The notes under the pieces: generated by a model
Told to the model about the DNA's origin: nothing
Seen by the model: the letters and a program-made list of their open reading frames with translations, nothing else
Databases searched by the model: none
Origin: a virus
Reading direction: 5' to 3' (one strand)
IMG/VR virus record: IMGVR_UViG_3300042332_000818
Span: 32,001-96,000 of that record
Length of the DNA stretch: 64,000 nt
Part shown: positions 9,172-19,100 of the stretch, one piece after another
Layout of the letters: each line of letters starts with the position of its first letter
Position numbering within the stretch: the stretch's first letter is position 1
Position numbers and translations under genes: made by a program

Positions 9172-11067
9172 ATGGCTAATAAACCTACTAACCCCGCACT
9201 CTACTCTAGAGTTAAAGCAGAAGCAAAAAGAAAATTTGACCGTTGGCCTAGTGCTTACGGTTCAGCTTGGCTTGTAAAAGAATACAAGCGTAGGGGTGGT
9301 GGCTACCGTAAAGCAGAAGACGGTATGGAAGTACAAGACTCAGTTAACCAAATGATGGCAGACTTGAGCATGATGGCTAATGGTGGTATCATGTATGGTG
9401 ACTATAAGTTTCCAATGATGGATGAAGGTGGTGAAATGGCATTAGGTCAGATTGCTGCTGTTACTGATAAGATGTCTAAGCTTCAACAGTTTCTTAATCC
9501 AAACTCAGATGTTGAACCGTGGGTAGCGTCTAAGCTTGCTGTAATGGATGATAGTGCTGGTGCTATTTATGATTACATGATGTATAATCCTGAAGCTCAA
9601 GAGTCAGAAGAAGAAATGGAAGAAATGCGTAATGGTGGTATACCACAACGCTACAAGAATCAAGGTTTTACTAGAGTTGGTGCTAAGAGACAGTCTACTC
9701 GTCCTGGTAAGAAATGGATGGTGCTTGCTAAGAAAGGTGATAAGTACAAAGTAGTACACGGTGGCTACAAGGGTATGAGTGATTACACCCAACACAGAAA
9801 TAAGAACAGACAAAAGAGATTCTGGGATAGAATGGGTGGACGTAACTCAGCAAAGGCTACTGATCCGTTTAGTCCTCTTTACTGGCACAAGCGCTTTGGT
9901 ACTTGGGCAGAAGGTGGTGAACCACAGAATGAAGGATTCCAAGCATTACCGAAAGAAGTACAAGCTAAGATCATGGCTAACATGATGTATGGTGGTGATA
10001 TGTATGCTACTGGTGGTATGCCTTGCTATGAGTGTGGTGGTGCTACAATGAAAAAAGGTGGTACGCCATTTATTGCAATGGCTTACTTTAAGGATGGCGG
10101 TATTGAACTAGATCCTGCTAAGAAGGGCACTTTTAAAGCACAGGCTACACGTATGGGTCTTAGTGTACAGGAAGCTGCCAAAAAGATTTTGGATGCACCA
10201 GAGGGCAAGTATTCACCTGAGATGAGACGTAAAGCAAACTTTGCTAGAAACTTTGCTAAAGCTTACGGTGGTATGATGGAATACCAAATGGGTGGTTCTG
10301 GGATGGGTAACATGTATTTAGATGAAATGGCCTTTGATTCTGGAATGGCTGGGTTATCTGATGCACCACTTAGTCCAGATATTGCTGGAATGAGAGAATA
10401 CTCTCTTGATCAGCAAGCAGCTCCTGCTGGATTTGTTTCAGATATTCCTGCACCAGCTAGAAGAGGTGCTGGATCAGGTATGGGTCAAATGGCCTTAGAT
10501 GAGTTTGCTTTTAATCAAGCTATGACATCTATGGAAGACGCATCTCAGCAAGAACCAGAATTGGATTTTTCTGCATTTGAAAACATGGAACCTCAAATGG
10601 AGATTTCAAGTGATGAAAAGGTTGAGTTCATTCCCGGTAGAAGTAAGAACATGTATGCCACTAAAAACTTTGTAGCAGGACTTAAAGGACCTAAAGGAGA
10701 ATCTAATCCTTTTATTGCTGGTAATATTGGCAATAAGTCATTCATGGTACAAGCAAGTGACTTTGCTAAACCCGCAGCAATTGCTAGTGGTATACTTGAT
10801 GCTGGTGCATGGCTTGGTAGAAATAGAAAAGAGCGTCAGGCTGCAAGAGAGATTCAACGCCAATCATTTACAGATAATCTTTATCAAGCTGCTCCCATGG
10901 GAATAACAGGTGAAAGAGGTAATTATGATGTTTTTGGTAACTTTAGACCAGACGAAACAATATCTTCAAGAACTTACTACACTCAAATGGGTGGTGAGAT
11001 TGAAATGACTGAAGACCAAATTAGACAACTTGTAGCTCTTGGAGCTGAAATTGAAATCCTTGACTAA
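9172..11067 (+). CDS. Modular Met/Gly-rich virion cargo-like protein with many xxxGG motifs
   Basis: The ATG at 9172 follows a promoter-like motif. More than ten MANGG/MDEGG/MRNGG/WAEGG/MMYGG/KAYGG-type motifs separate small basic domains. Confidence 0.65.
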   Translation: MANKPTNPALYSRVKAEAKRKFDRWPSAYGSAWLVKEYKRRGGGYRKAEDGMEVQDSVNQMMADLSMMANGGIMYGDYKFPMMDEGGEMALGQIAAVTDKMSKLQQFLNPNSDVEPWVASKLAVMDDSAGAIYDYMMYNPEAQESEEEMEEMRNGGIPQRYKNQGFTRVGAKRQSTRPGKKWMVLAKKGDKYKVVHGGYKGMSDYTQHRNKNRQKRFWDRMGGRNSAKATDPFSPLYWHKRFGTWAEGGEPQNEGFQALPKEVQAKIMANMMYGGDMYATGGMPCYECGGATMKKGGTPFIAMAYFKDGGIELDPAKKGTFKAQATRMGLSVQEAAKKILDAPEGKYSPEMRRKANFARNFAKAYGGMMEYQMGGSGMGNMYLDEMAFDSGMAGLSDAPLSPDIAGMREYSLDQQAAPAGFVSDIPAPARRGAGSGMGQMALDEFAFNQAMTSMEDASQQEPELDFSAFENMEPQMEISSDEKVEFIPGRSKNMYATKNFVAGLKGPKGESNPFIAGNIGNKSFMVQASDFAKPAAIASGILDAGAWLGRNRKERQAAREIQRQSFTDNLYQAAPMGITGERGNYDVFGNFRPDETISSRTYYTQMGGEIEMTEDQIRQLVALGAEIEILD

Positions 11068-13310
11068 TGAAAAGAAAAGTAAGAATCAAGAGCTTGCCGA
11101 AAGGGTATCACATGATGCCTGATGGTACTGTTATGAAAGACAGTGCTCACATGGCAGAAGGTGGATCAGTTAATAAAAGTCTTTCACCTGTTTCTAGAGG
11201 TATGGCAAATCTTGAAGCTGAAAAGGGTGAGATTGCTATGACTGATCTTGGCAGCACCGGTCAGATGGGTTTATATGAGATTGGTGGTCAGCGTCATTCT
11301 AATGGTGGCACACCTCTTAATCTTGATCCAGGATCTTTTATCTATTCTGATACAAGAAAGATGAAGATTAAGGATCCAGATTTTCTTGCCAAGTATGGAA
11401 AAAGTAATCCTACTACACCTGCCAAGCTTGTAAAGCCTTTTCTTAAGTTAAACGATTTTACTGATTCTTTATACGATCAAAATGCAGATCCTATTCAAAA
11501 GAGAACTGCACAAGCTATGATTGATAAGTATAAGGGTAAAGCCGGTGAGATTGCATTCTATCAAGAAGCAATGAAAGGATTTCCACAAGGTATCCCTGCA
11601 GTAGCTGCTGATTATGCTGAAGGTATTATGGGTGCTCCTATGGCTGCTTATGGTGGTTATATCCCTAAAGCACAAGATGGCAAAGAGTCAAGAAGTGATA
11701 AATTTTCTGCCATTAACCCTACTGTATTAAAAGTAATGCAGCAGCGTGGACTAAAACCTCTAGCTGGTGAGGCAGATTATTCAGATCCTAATAGAATTGA
11801 TTATTCTAGAGTTCAAGATTTTGTTCCCGGATATTCAGGTGTATATGAAGATGCTGAAAAGAATTTTCCTTCTTGGGTAAAACGTATGGAGGGTCTTGGT
11901 TATAATTTTTCTGACTGGAAAGATGCTCAAGGTAATTTTGATTTGAAGTCTTTAAAAAGTAAAGATCCAAGAGTTAAAGCTTACCAAGAATGGTGGAACC
12001 CCAGAGTTGAGCAGTTTATTCAAGAGGATGAGCAAAAAAGAAGTAATGCTGGATATGAGCCTCTTACTGAGCAAGAAAAGAATGATCTGAGAACTTTGAA
12101 ATTTTCAGAGGAGAATGCTGCTAATGCACAACCAGGAAGCAGAATAGATAGTAGACTGGGAACGTATACAACTAATAGATTCCTACCTGAAGGTGAATAT
12201 GAAGTACAACGTGGTACTGTTTACTTTTGTGTAGATGGTCAGGTAATGGGTCAAAGTGTTAGACCTGGTACACAAGCTGAAGCACCAAGTGGAAACGATG
12301 TAAAAGGTCCATTTACTTCTCAAGAAGAAGCTAATCAGGTTTGTTCTAGTAAGTCGGAGACTTCTGATTCTTCTGAATCTCCAACACCTGAACAGGAAAG
12401 AGTACTCAGACCGTTTAAGGCTGATGTTAGAAACCTAGAAGCTCTTAGACGTAATAGAGCTTCTGAAAGAAGGAGATACCCCTGGGCTCCTCAGTTGCCT
12501 TTAGATTTAATGGATGCTGTATATCCTGATGATACCCGTCAGCAACAGCAGATTGCTGGACGTGCTAAAGGTTCAATGGACGCATTAGGTGCATTTGCTG
12601 GACCTTCTAGACAGTTGTCTTCGGCTTCATTAATTTCTGGACAAGCTGCTGAGCAAGCAGCCAATGTTGCATCTACAATGGGTAACCAAATTATAGGTAT
12701 TGGTAATCAAGCTGCACAAGTAAATCAAAGAGTAAAGGCTGATAATGATAGAGCCAATTCACTACTTCGTAAAAGTGTTTATGATGACACTATAAAGACT
12801 GAAGAAGTATTTGATGAAAAGATGAGAAGATATAGAGTAAATGATGCTCTTCTTGCTAATCGTCTAGAAGATAATATGTATCGTGCTGATACATATAACA
12901 AGATGAATCCCTTGTATCAGATTACACCTGCTAAAGGTGAGTACTATAATACCGGAAACATTCAGTTTATGCCGGGTGTGTCTGCTGCAATGTTTGACTA
13001 TGAGAATTATACTCCGCAAAATCAGGGTGCAGAGAATGCTCGTAAAGCTAATTATGAAACTTTCATAAAAGATCCAAATCTTACACCTGAAGATAGAAGT
13101 GAGCTTACTAAACAATATTACTCTAGTTTACTTGGAGGAGGCTCTGGAAGTAGTCAGAGTACTGGAACCCGTTCAAGAAAAAGAAGAGATGATGAATTGG
13201 CTGCTCTTGATCAGTTAAGACAAAGACAACAACTTGCGGAAATGTACGGAGTAGATCCCCGAATTGTAAGCCCTGGTGGATATTATGATCCAAACTCTTT
13301 TGGTATTTAA
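11067..13310 (+). CDS. Virion cargo/ejection-associated protein
   Basis: Contains GYHMMPDG, MAEGG, 'NLEAEKGE...GGQRHSNGG...FIYSD' and AAYGG. The C-terminus is Gln/Asn-rich and helical. It precedes the giant ejection genes. Confidence 0.6.
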   Translation: MKRKVRIKSLPKGYHMMPDGTVMKDSAHMAEGGSVNKSLSPVSRGMANLEAEKGEIAMTDLGSTGQMGLYEIGGQRHSNGGTPLNLDPGSFIYSDTRKMKIKDPDFLAKYGKSNPTTPAKLVKPFLKLNDFTDSLYDQNADPIQKRTAQAMIDKYKGKAGEIAFYQEAMKGFPQGIPAVAADYAEGIMGAPMAAYGGYIPKAQDGKESRSDKFSAINPTVLKVMQQRGLKPLAGEADYSDPNRIDYSRVQDFVPGYSGVYEDAEKNFPSWVKRMEGLGYNFSDWKDAQGNFDLKSLKSKDPRVKAYQEWWNPRVEQFIQEDEQKRSNAGYEPLTEQEKNDLRTLKFSEENAANAQPGSRIDSRLGTYTTNRFLPEGEYEVQRGTVYFCVDGQVMGQSVRPGTQAEAPSGNDVKGPFTSQEEANQVCSSKSETSDSSESPTPEQERVLRPFKADVRNLEALRRNRASERRRYPWAPQLPLDLMDAVYPDDTRQQQQIAGRAKGSMDALGAFAGPSRQLSSASLISGQAAEQAANVASTMGNQIIGIGNQAAQVNQRVKADNDRANSLLRKSVYDDTIKTEEVFDEKMRRYRVNDALLANRLEDNMYRADTYNKMNPLYQITPAKGEYYNTGNIQFMPGVSAAMFDYENYTPQNQGAENARKANYETFIKDPNLTPEDRSELTKQYYSSLLGGGSGSSQSTGTRSRKRRDDELAALDQLRQRQQLAEMYGVDPRIVSPGGYYDPNSFGI

Positions 13311-13320
13311 AAGTAAGATA

Positions 13321-13337
13321 TAAACCTTTAAGGTTTA
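13321..13337. promoter_or_regulatory. Palindromic operator-like site TAAACCTT-T-AAGGTTTA
   Basis: Perfect 8-bp arms in the intergenic gap before the ejection/vRNAP gene trio. Confidence 0.45.
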
Positions 13338-13386
13338 AAAACTTACAAGATTTTTCCGTATCTTTTACTGTAGATCTACATCAAAT

Positions 13387-16182
13387 ATGGCATCATATAT
13401 AGACAATATTGCACAGAACTCTCAGATTGCGGCAGTACTTCCGTACACGCCGGATTGGGATTTTTTGTCCAGTAGCCAAAAGACTTTAGCGCAAATGCAG
13501 ACTAATGCGTTTGAAAGCTTTTACGATAAGTATTCAACGCTTTTGAAATCTGATTTGTTAAACTCAGAGAATCAGCAGTTTAGAGATAAGTTTATGACAG
13601 AAGCTGACAACAAACTTAAAATTGTTGGCAGCACTGATCTTACTGATCCAAGAAGTCTTAGTAATGCTAATTCAATTTTTGATAGTTTGGTAAACAATCC
13701 TAGATATGTAAAGGATATTATGTTTACTAAAGCAGTTAAAAAGGATTTAGATTATGCAGACAATCTTAGATCTTCATTAGATGAAAATGTAAGATCTCTC
13801 TATAACCCCTACTCTGTACAGGATATAATGTTTAGCGTAGAGGACTTTAAAAATGCTAAGGGTGATGCAATTTTAGGTATCGGCAATCCTCGTTATGTAC
13901 AGAATATAGATCTTTGGTCTCAAGCTGAAAAGTATTTTGAGGATAAAGATTGGAAAAGAACATATGATCAAAGATCTGGAGGATATATTTATACCAGTAA
14001 GAACGGTAAGCTTATAGAGGATGATGTTTATCAGTACCTCTACAATAGATTTTCTGAGGACCCTCTTGTTAAAGACTACCTTAATGTGCAGTCTAGAGTT
14101 GAAAGAAGAAGCTTTATAGAAAACAATCTTGATGCTTTTGGTGGAGATAAGACTAGAGCAGAGATGGCTTATCTTAAAACAAAGTGGAATACTATTTCTG
14201 AACCAATCAGAAAGCAGGTTGTCAAGTATGATGAAGAACTAGCAAAACTTGAATATGGTAATGCTGAAGTTCAAAGAGCTAGACAAAATCAACCCGCAAC
14301 GGGTAATCTTCGTAGACAAAGCGATCAACAGAGTGTTGTAGAATTGTTTAATGAGCTAATGACAAAGAAGGAATCAATGCCTTCTTTGGATCCTGCCATT
14401 AGTGAAGCTCTATCTAGTAACGATTTCTCTAACATTGCTGGTATTATATCAAAAATTGATGATATCAGTTTCAAAGCTAGCATTACTAAAATTGCCGAAG
14501 TATTTTCTAGAAGAGGAGAAGAGCAAAGTATGAAAGCTGATGAGTATGCATTAGCTCAGCACAGAGCAGGTCTTGATGATTGGAAAAATCAGCAACAGGT
14601 TGCAAGACAATTTGATGCTGATTTCCGAATGGCACAGCTTAAAGGTGAGATAGTAATTCCTGGTATGGGTGTATCTCAAACCGGTACTCCAATCTCTTCC
14701 GGTACAGATCCTGTAATGAGTGATAAAAATCCTGAAGATTATCCTAATTATAATTATAAGGAACTTGCTGAGAGAACTACCGATGCTCGTAATGCTGGCT
14801 ATGAGGCAATTAAACAATGGTCTCAACTTACAGGAACACCCGTTAGAAATTCTGCTGGTAAAGTTATTCCTCTTGATGGATTAGATAAACTAACAGAAAA
14901 AGAGTTTCAGTCTTATATATCCAAGGCTGAAGTTGTAAGCAAAAGAGGTACAAGAGATATTGAAGATTCTGATGGTGCAATTAATTTGCGTCAGAAAATT
15001 AGAATTTACAATGAAAAAACTGGTATTGAAAAGGGTCTTCTTAAAATAGAGCAAGAAAATTTGCTAAAGTCAATAGACAAGGCTTCTAATTCTGTTATTA
15101 ATGATGAAGAAGGTAAGCAAGCTTTTGCTTTAATGCGTGAGATTGTAAAGTCAGGAATTGTTAACCCTCAAACTATAAAAGAGAAGTTTGAAGAAAAGTG
15201 GGATGCTGAAAGAGATGCTAAAATAGCTGCTGCCCCACTTATTGGGCCTTGGTTAAGCAGTCCTAAATTCGGAGTATGGGCTGTTACTGAGAGTGGTAGC
15301 GATGCTTGGAATACTTGGTTTGGTGGTACATCTATACTAGATCCAGGTACTTGGGCAGGAAAAGAATATGAAGTTTCTACCTACTATTCTAAAGAGGCAA
15401 AGAGTTTAGCATCTGCTGTGCAAGGTCGTGATACAAGAGTAGGTGGAGAAGAAAGAAAGGGTACCAACTTTGGTATGGCTTCTTCAAAAGGTTCTGCGGT
15501 TAATATTGTTGTTAATCAAGCTAGTCAATCTTTATCTCAAAATCTTGGCTCTGTTGGTTTTGGTACATTGGAGAGTGCTATTGATGGCAGTCTTCCAAAT
15601 CAAGATGCTGCTGAAACAGCTTTTAATACTATTGTTAATGTTTTAAATACAAAAACAACAGGTAACACAAATCCGAGAAACATGCAGGTTGAAGGATTTC
15701 AAGATAATGATGGTAATCAGTTTATTAGAATTATTCCTGATTCTAAAACTGCTGATGAGTTAATGGGGTCCAAAGAAAACCCCGGGCCTTTAAAAGATAG
15801 AGTTACTTCAGATCTGCTTGCTCAAGGTGTTGTTGTTAAACTAGCTCCGGCTGGTGCGCTACCTAAAAGCACTTTTGATTTTAGAACTACTCCAATTGAA
15901 GCGGCTATTAATGTTAACGGTGGAGAGTTAACTATAGGCGGAGGTTATTATGATGGAGGAAAAGTTACTATTACTAGAAATGGTAATGGTTCTTATCAAT
16001 ACTATGGAGAGAAGTATATTTACGATCCAAATGAAGGTGGTTATAGAGAAGTTAATATTTCTAAAGAGATAAATAAATATATTAACGAAAATAATTTTTC
16101 TATTCAACAAGCTAAAGACTGGATAGATACATACTTAAACGCAAATGCTGCAAAAAATATAACATTGGAAAAACAAGACTAA
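13387..16182 (+). CDS. Putative ejection/core protein, first of the virion-RNAP gene trio
   Basis: 931 aa with N-terminal 'PYTPDWDFL'. Translationally coupled to the 4492-aa gene, as in crAss-like RNAP clusters. Confidence 0.55.
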   Translation: MASYIDNIAQNSQIAAVLPYTPDWDFLSSSQKTLAQMQTNAFESFYDKYSTLLKSDLLNSENQQFRDKFMTEADNKLKIVGSTDLTDPRSLSNANSIFDSLVNNPRYVKDIMFTKAVKKDLDYADNLRSSLDENVRSLYNPYSVQDIMFSVEDFKNAKGDAILGIGNPRYVQNIDLWSQAEKYFEDKDWKRTYDQRSGGYIYTSKNGKLIEDDVYQYLYNRFSEDPLVKDYLNVQSRVERRSFIENNLDAFGGDKTRAEMAYLKTKWNTISEPIRKQVVKYDEELAKLEYGNAEVQRARQNQPATGNLRRQSDQQSVVELFNELMTKKESMPSLDPAISEALSSNDFSNIAGIISKIDDISFKASITKIAEVFSRRGEEQSMKADEYALAQHRAGLDDWKNQQQVARQFDADFRMAQLKGEIVIPGMGVSQTGTPISSGTDPVMSDKNPEDYPNYNYKELAERTTDARNAGYEAIKQWSQLTGTPVRNSAGKVIPLDGLDKLTEKEFQSYISKAEVVSKRGTRDIEDSDGAINLRQKIRIYNEKTGIEKGLLKIEQENLLKSIDKASNSVINDEEGKQAFALMREIVKSGIVNPQTIKEKFEEKWDAERDAKIAAAPLIGPWLSSPKFGVWAVTESGSDAWNTWFGGTSILDPGTWAGKEYEVSTYYSKEAKSLASAVQGRDTRVGGEERKGTNFGMASSKGSAVNIVVNQASQSLSQNLGSVGFGTLESAIDGSLPNQDAAETAFNTIVNVLNTKTTGNTNPRNMQVEGFQDNDGNQFIRIIPDSKTADELMGSKENPGPLKDRVTSDLLAQGVVVKLAPAGALPKSTFDFRTTPIEAAINVNGGELTIGGGYYDGGKVTITRNGNGSYQYYGEKYIYDPNEGGYREVNISKEINKYINENNFSIQQAKDWIDTYLNANAAKNITLEKQD

Positions 16183-19100
16183 TGGACTTTAATGCAAATC
16201 CCCTGTTTCCAAATACTTCAAATCCAAAAGTTTCAGGAATTAGCCCTGAACTTTTAGCTGATTTTAATAGTGCTTTAGCACAAGCAGCACCTGAGTTTAG
16301 ACCTGAGCCAAATCCGTTGTTTACAAGGTTTCCAAATGAAAACTTTGGATTGTATGAAACGAACTATGAGCGCTATGCTCGTCGTTCAAACTTTGATGAA
16401 TTAGGCTTCTCTCCTTATAGAGACAATGATGCAATCTATAATGCTGAAGCAAACTTTGCAGGAGAGCTTTGGAGAGGTCTTCAGGGTGCTGCAATGTTAA
16501 CCGGCAGCACTGCTTTTGATATGCTGAAAGGTACTGGAGATATTTTAACTCTTGACTTTAAAGGGTTAATGGCTCCAGATATGGGTGCTGCGGCTGAATT
16601 TGAAGATATTAATAGAATCTATGGTTCTACAAAAGGTGGTGCTACAGGATTTATTGCTAATGGTGCAACTCAGCTAGGTTTTATTGGTGGAATGGTTTTG
16701 GGTTCGTTGCCTGAAAGTGCAGCACTTGCCTTTGCTACTGCTGAAGCCGGTGGTGCTGCAGGATTTTTAAACATTGGTCGTAAAATTGGTCAGGGTTTAA
16801 GAATTATTGATAAAGCTGCTGATGCTACTGCTGCAGCAAAAGCAGCACAAGCTGCTAGCGCAACAAGCACTGTACTAAAGAATGCTGAAACGGTTAGAGG
16901 TGCTGGTGCTGTAGCTGATTGGTTGGCTACTACTTCACCACAAATTGCAAAGATTACAGGTAATCCTATTCTGAAGTTTTTTAATCCTTTAGAAAATACT
17001 GTAGGATATATTGATGATGTAGCTAAAGCTGCAAGTGCTGGCACGGCACTACCGTCTATTGGTAAGGGTGTTGGTGCTGTAATGCGTGATGGTCAAATTT
17101 TTAAAGCTGCCGCAGTAGAAGCTAGTCTTGAAGGAGGTTTTGTTGCAAAGAATCTTAGTGATAAAGCTCTAAATGAGTTTTATGAAACTAACGGAAGACT
17201 TCCAAATGAAGAAGAATTAGCTGAGATTAAAGAAAAAGTAACTGAAGCTGGAGCAAGAACAACCGCTTGGAACTTGCCTGTAATTCTTTTTACAGATAAG
17301 CTTCTTTTTGGACCTATGCTTAATAAGCTAGATAAAACAATTTCTAGAGGTATTGGTGCTGACTTACAAGGTCTTGTCAGAAATGCTGATGGTACAGTTG
17401 CAGCGAAACAAGTATTGGGTGCCAGTGCTAGAAAAAGTGTAACACTTGAAGGTAAAGAGTTTTTAAATTCTTTACTTCAGCCTGGAAAATACTTGACTAG
17501 AGGTAGTGCATTCTTAAAGAACGGACTTGGTGAAGGTGCTCAAGAAGTGTTTCAAGAGTATGCTTCTAAAACAATGGAAGATTACTATGGTGATATTCTA
17601 TCTAGTCCTATGGGTATTCCCAAAATGGATGTGATGGGATACCTTAAAGAGAACATTAGTAACACTGGAGCCGATGAAGGGCTAGCGTTTTTGTCAGGAG
17701 CTTTTGTTGGTGGTGTTGCCGGAGGTGCAATGAGTAAAGTTGCAAAAGCAGCTAAGATTAATGCAGGTATCAATACTTTTATAAACCAGACAAATGAATC
17801 TGGAGAGAAGATGTCTTTTAAAGAAAGATATCAGGCATATAAAGCTGAGCAGCAAAAAATAAATAATGAGCTTGCTGATACTATTAATTCTGCAATTCAA
17901 TCACCGGTTGATCTTTTTGAACGCTCTATTAGAACCAATGAGGATACTAAAAAGCTTCTACGTCAAATTCAAATTGGAAACCTTATCCAGGACGAGAAGC
18001 TTGTAAGAGATGCTGCAGAAGAGTTAAGATTTAATAAGATCTACACTGCTCTTGATACGGGAACATTTGATTTGCTTACAGGTAAACTTGCTACTCTTAA
18101 GCAGCTTGATGATGTTGGTATTGTAGAAGCAACCGGATCTGCTAATGCAGAAGAAGCTAGAGCTAGACTTGATAAGACTATACAGAGAGCAAACGAAATT
18201 AAAAACAGATACGATAGCGTTAAGTCTAAGTATCCTAATCCGTTTGATTACTCAATGTATGAATATGCAACTGATGCATACAACCAAGCATACTTGGCAA
18301 ACAAAGGTTATGAGGAAGCGCTTAGAGATTACATCTTTATGGGTGAGACCATTGACAAACTTAAAGAAAGAAATGCTTCTTTAAAGTCTGCATTTGGTTC
18401 TACTTCTATTGCTCCTAAGATTACAAGTCTTGATGTAGATGTAATTACAAACTTGAGCAATCTACGTAAAGAGATGTCTTTACTTTCTGATGAAGTGCTC
18501 GCGGAAGATGCAGCTGTCACACCAGATCAAAAGAAAATTATTGCTAATAAGAAAGCTAGACTAAAAGTTCTCACTGAATACAATGATGCTCTAAATGCTT
18601 TTCATGCTGCCGAGAAAGAAGGTAAGGGTACTAAGCGTAAAGAAGCTAAATTAAAGTCATCTTTTGCTAAAGTAGTTAGTCATCTTAATGAAGTATCTGA
18701 AGTAGAGTCACAATACTCTGAGGATTCTTTTAATGAGCTATTTGCACAGCTTAAAGACTACCAAAGAAACGATATTGATAGTCTTCAACTTGGTGCACGT
18801 GCAGCTACGTTGGGTAACTACAGCACACTTATAGACTATGCTAAAAGGCATAGTGCTGCAATGAATGATGTTTTTGTAAACAAAAGAAAATACATCAAGA
18901 GATCTGTAGATAACTTTATGTCTGCTGTTGCACAGAATCAAAACCTTCACAGTCTAAAAGAAGCGGGCTATGCTATTCCGGAGGAAGAGCTTATGCCATA
19001 CATTGAAGAAGGTAAGATTCCACAAAATCTTATTTCTTTAAAGAATGGTACAACTGTACCAACAACAGATCCTTCTATTGAAGGGGTTCTTGAAACAATA

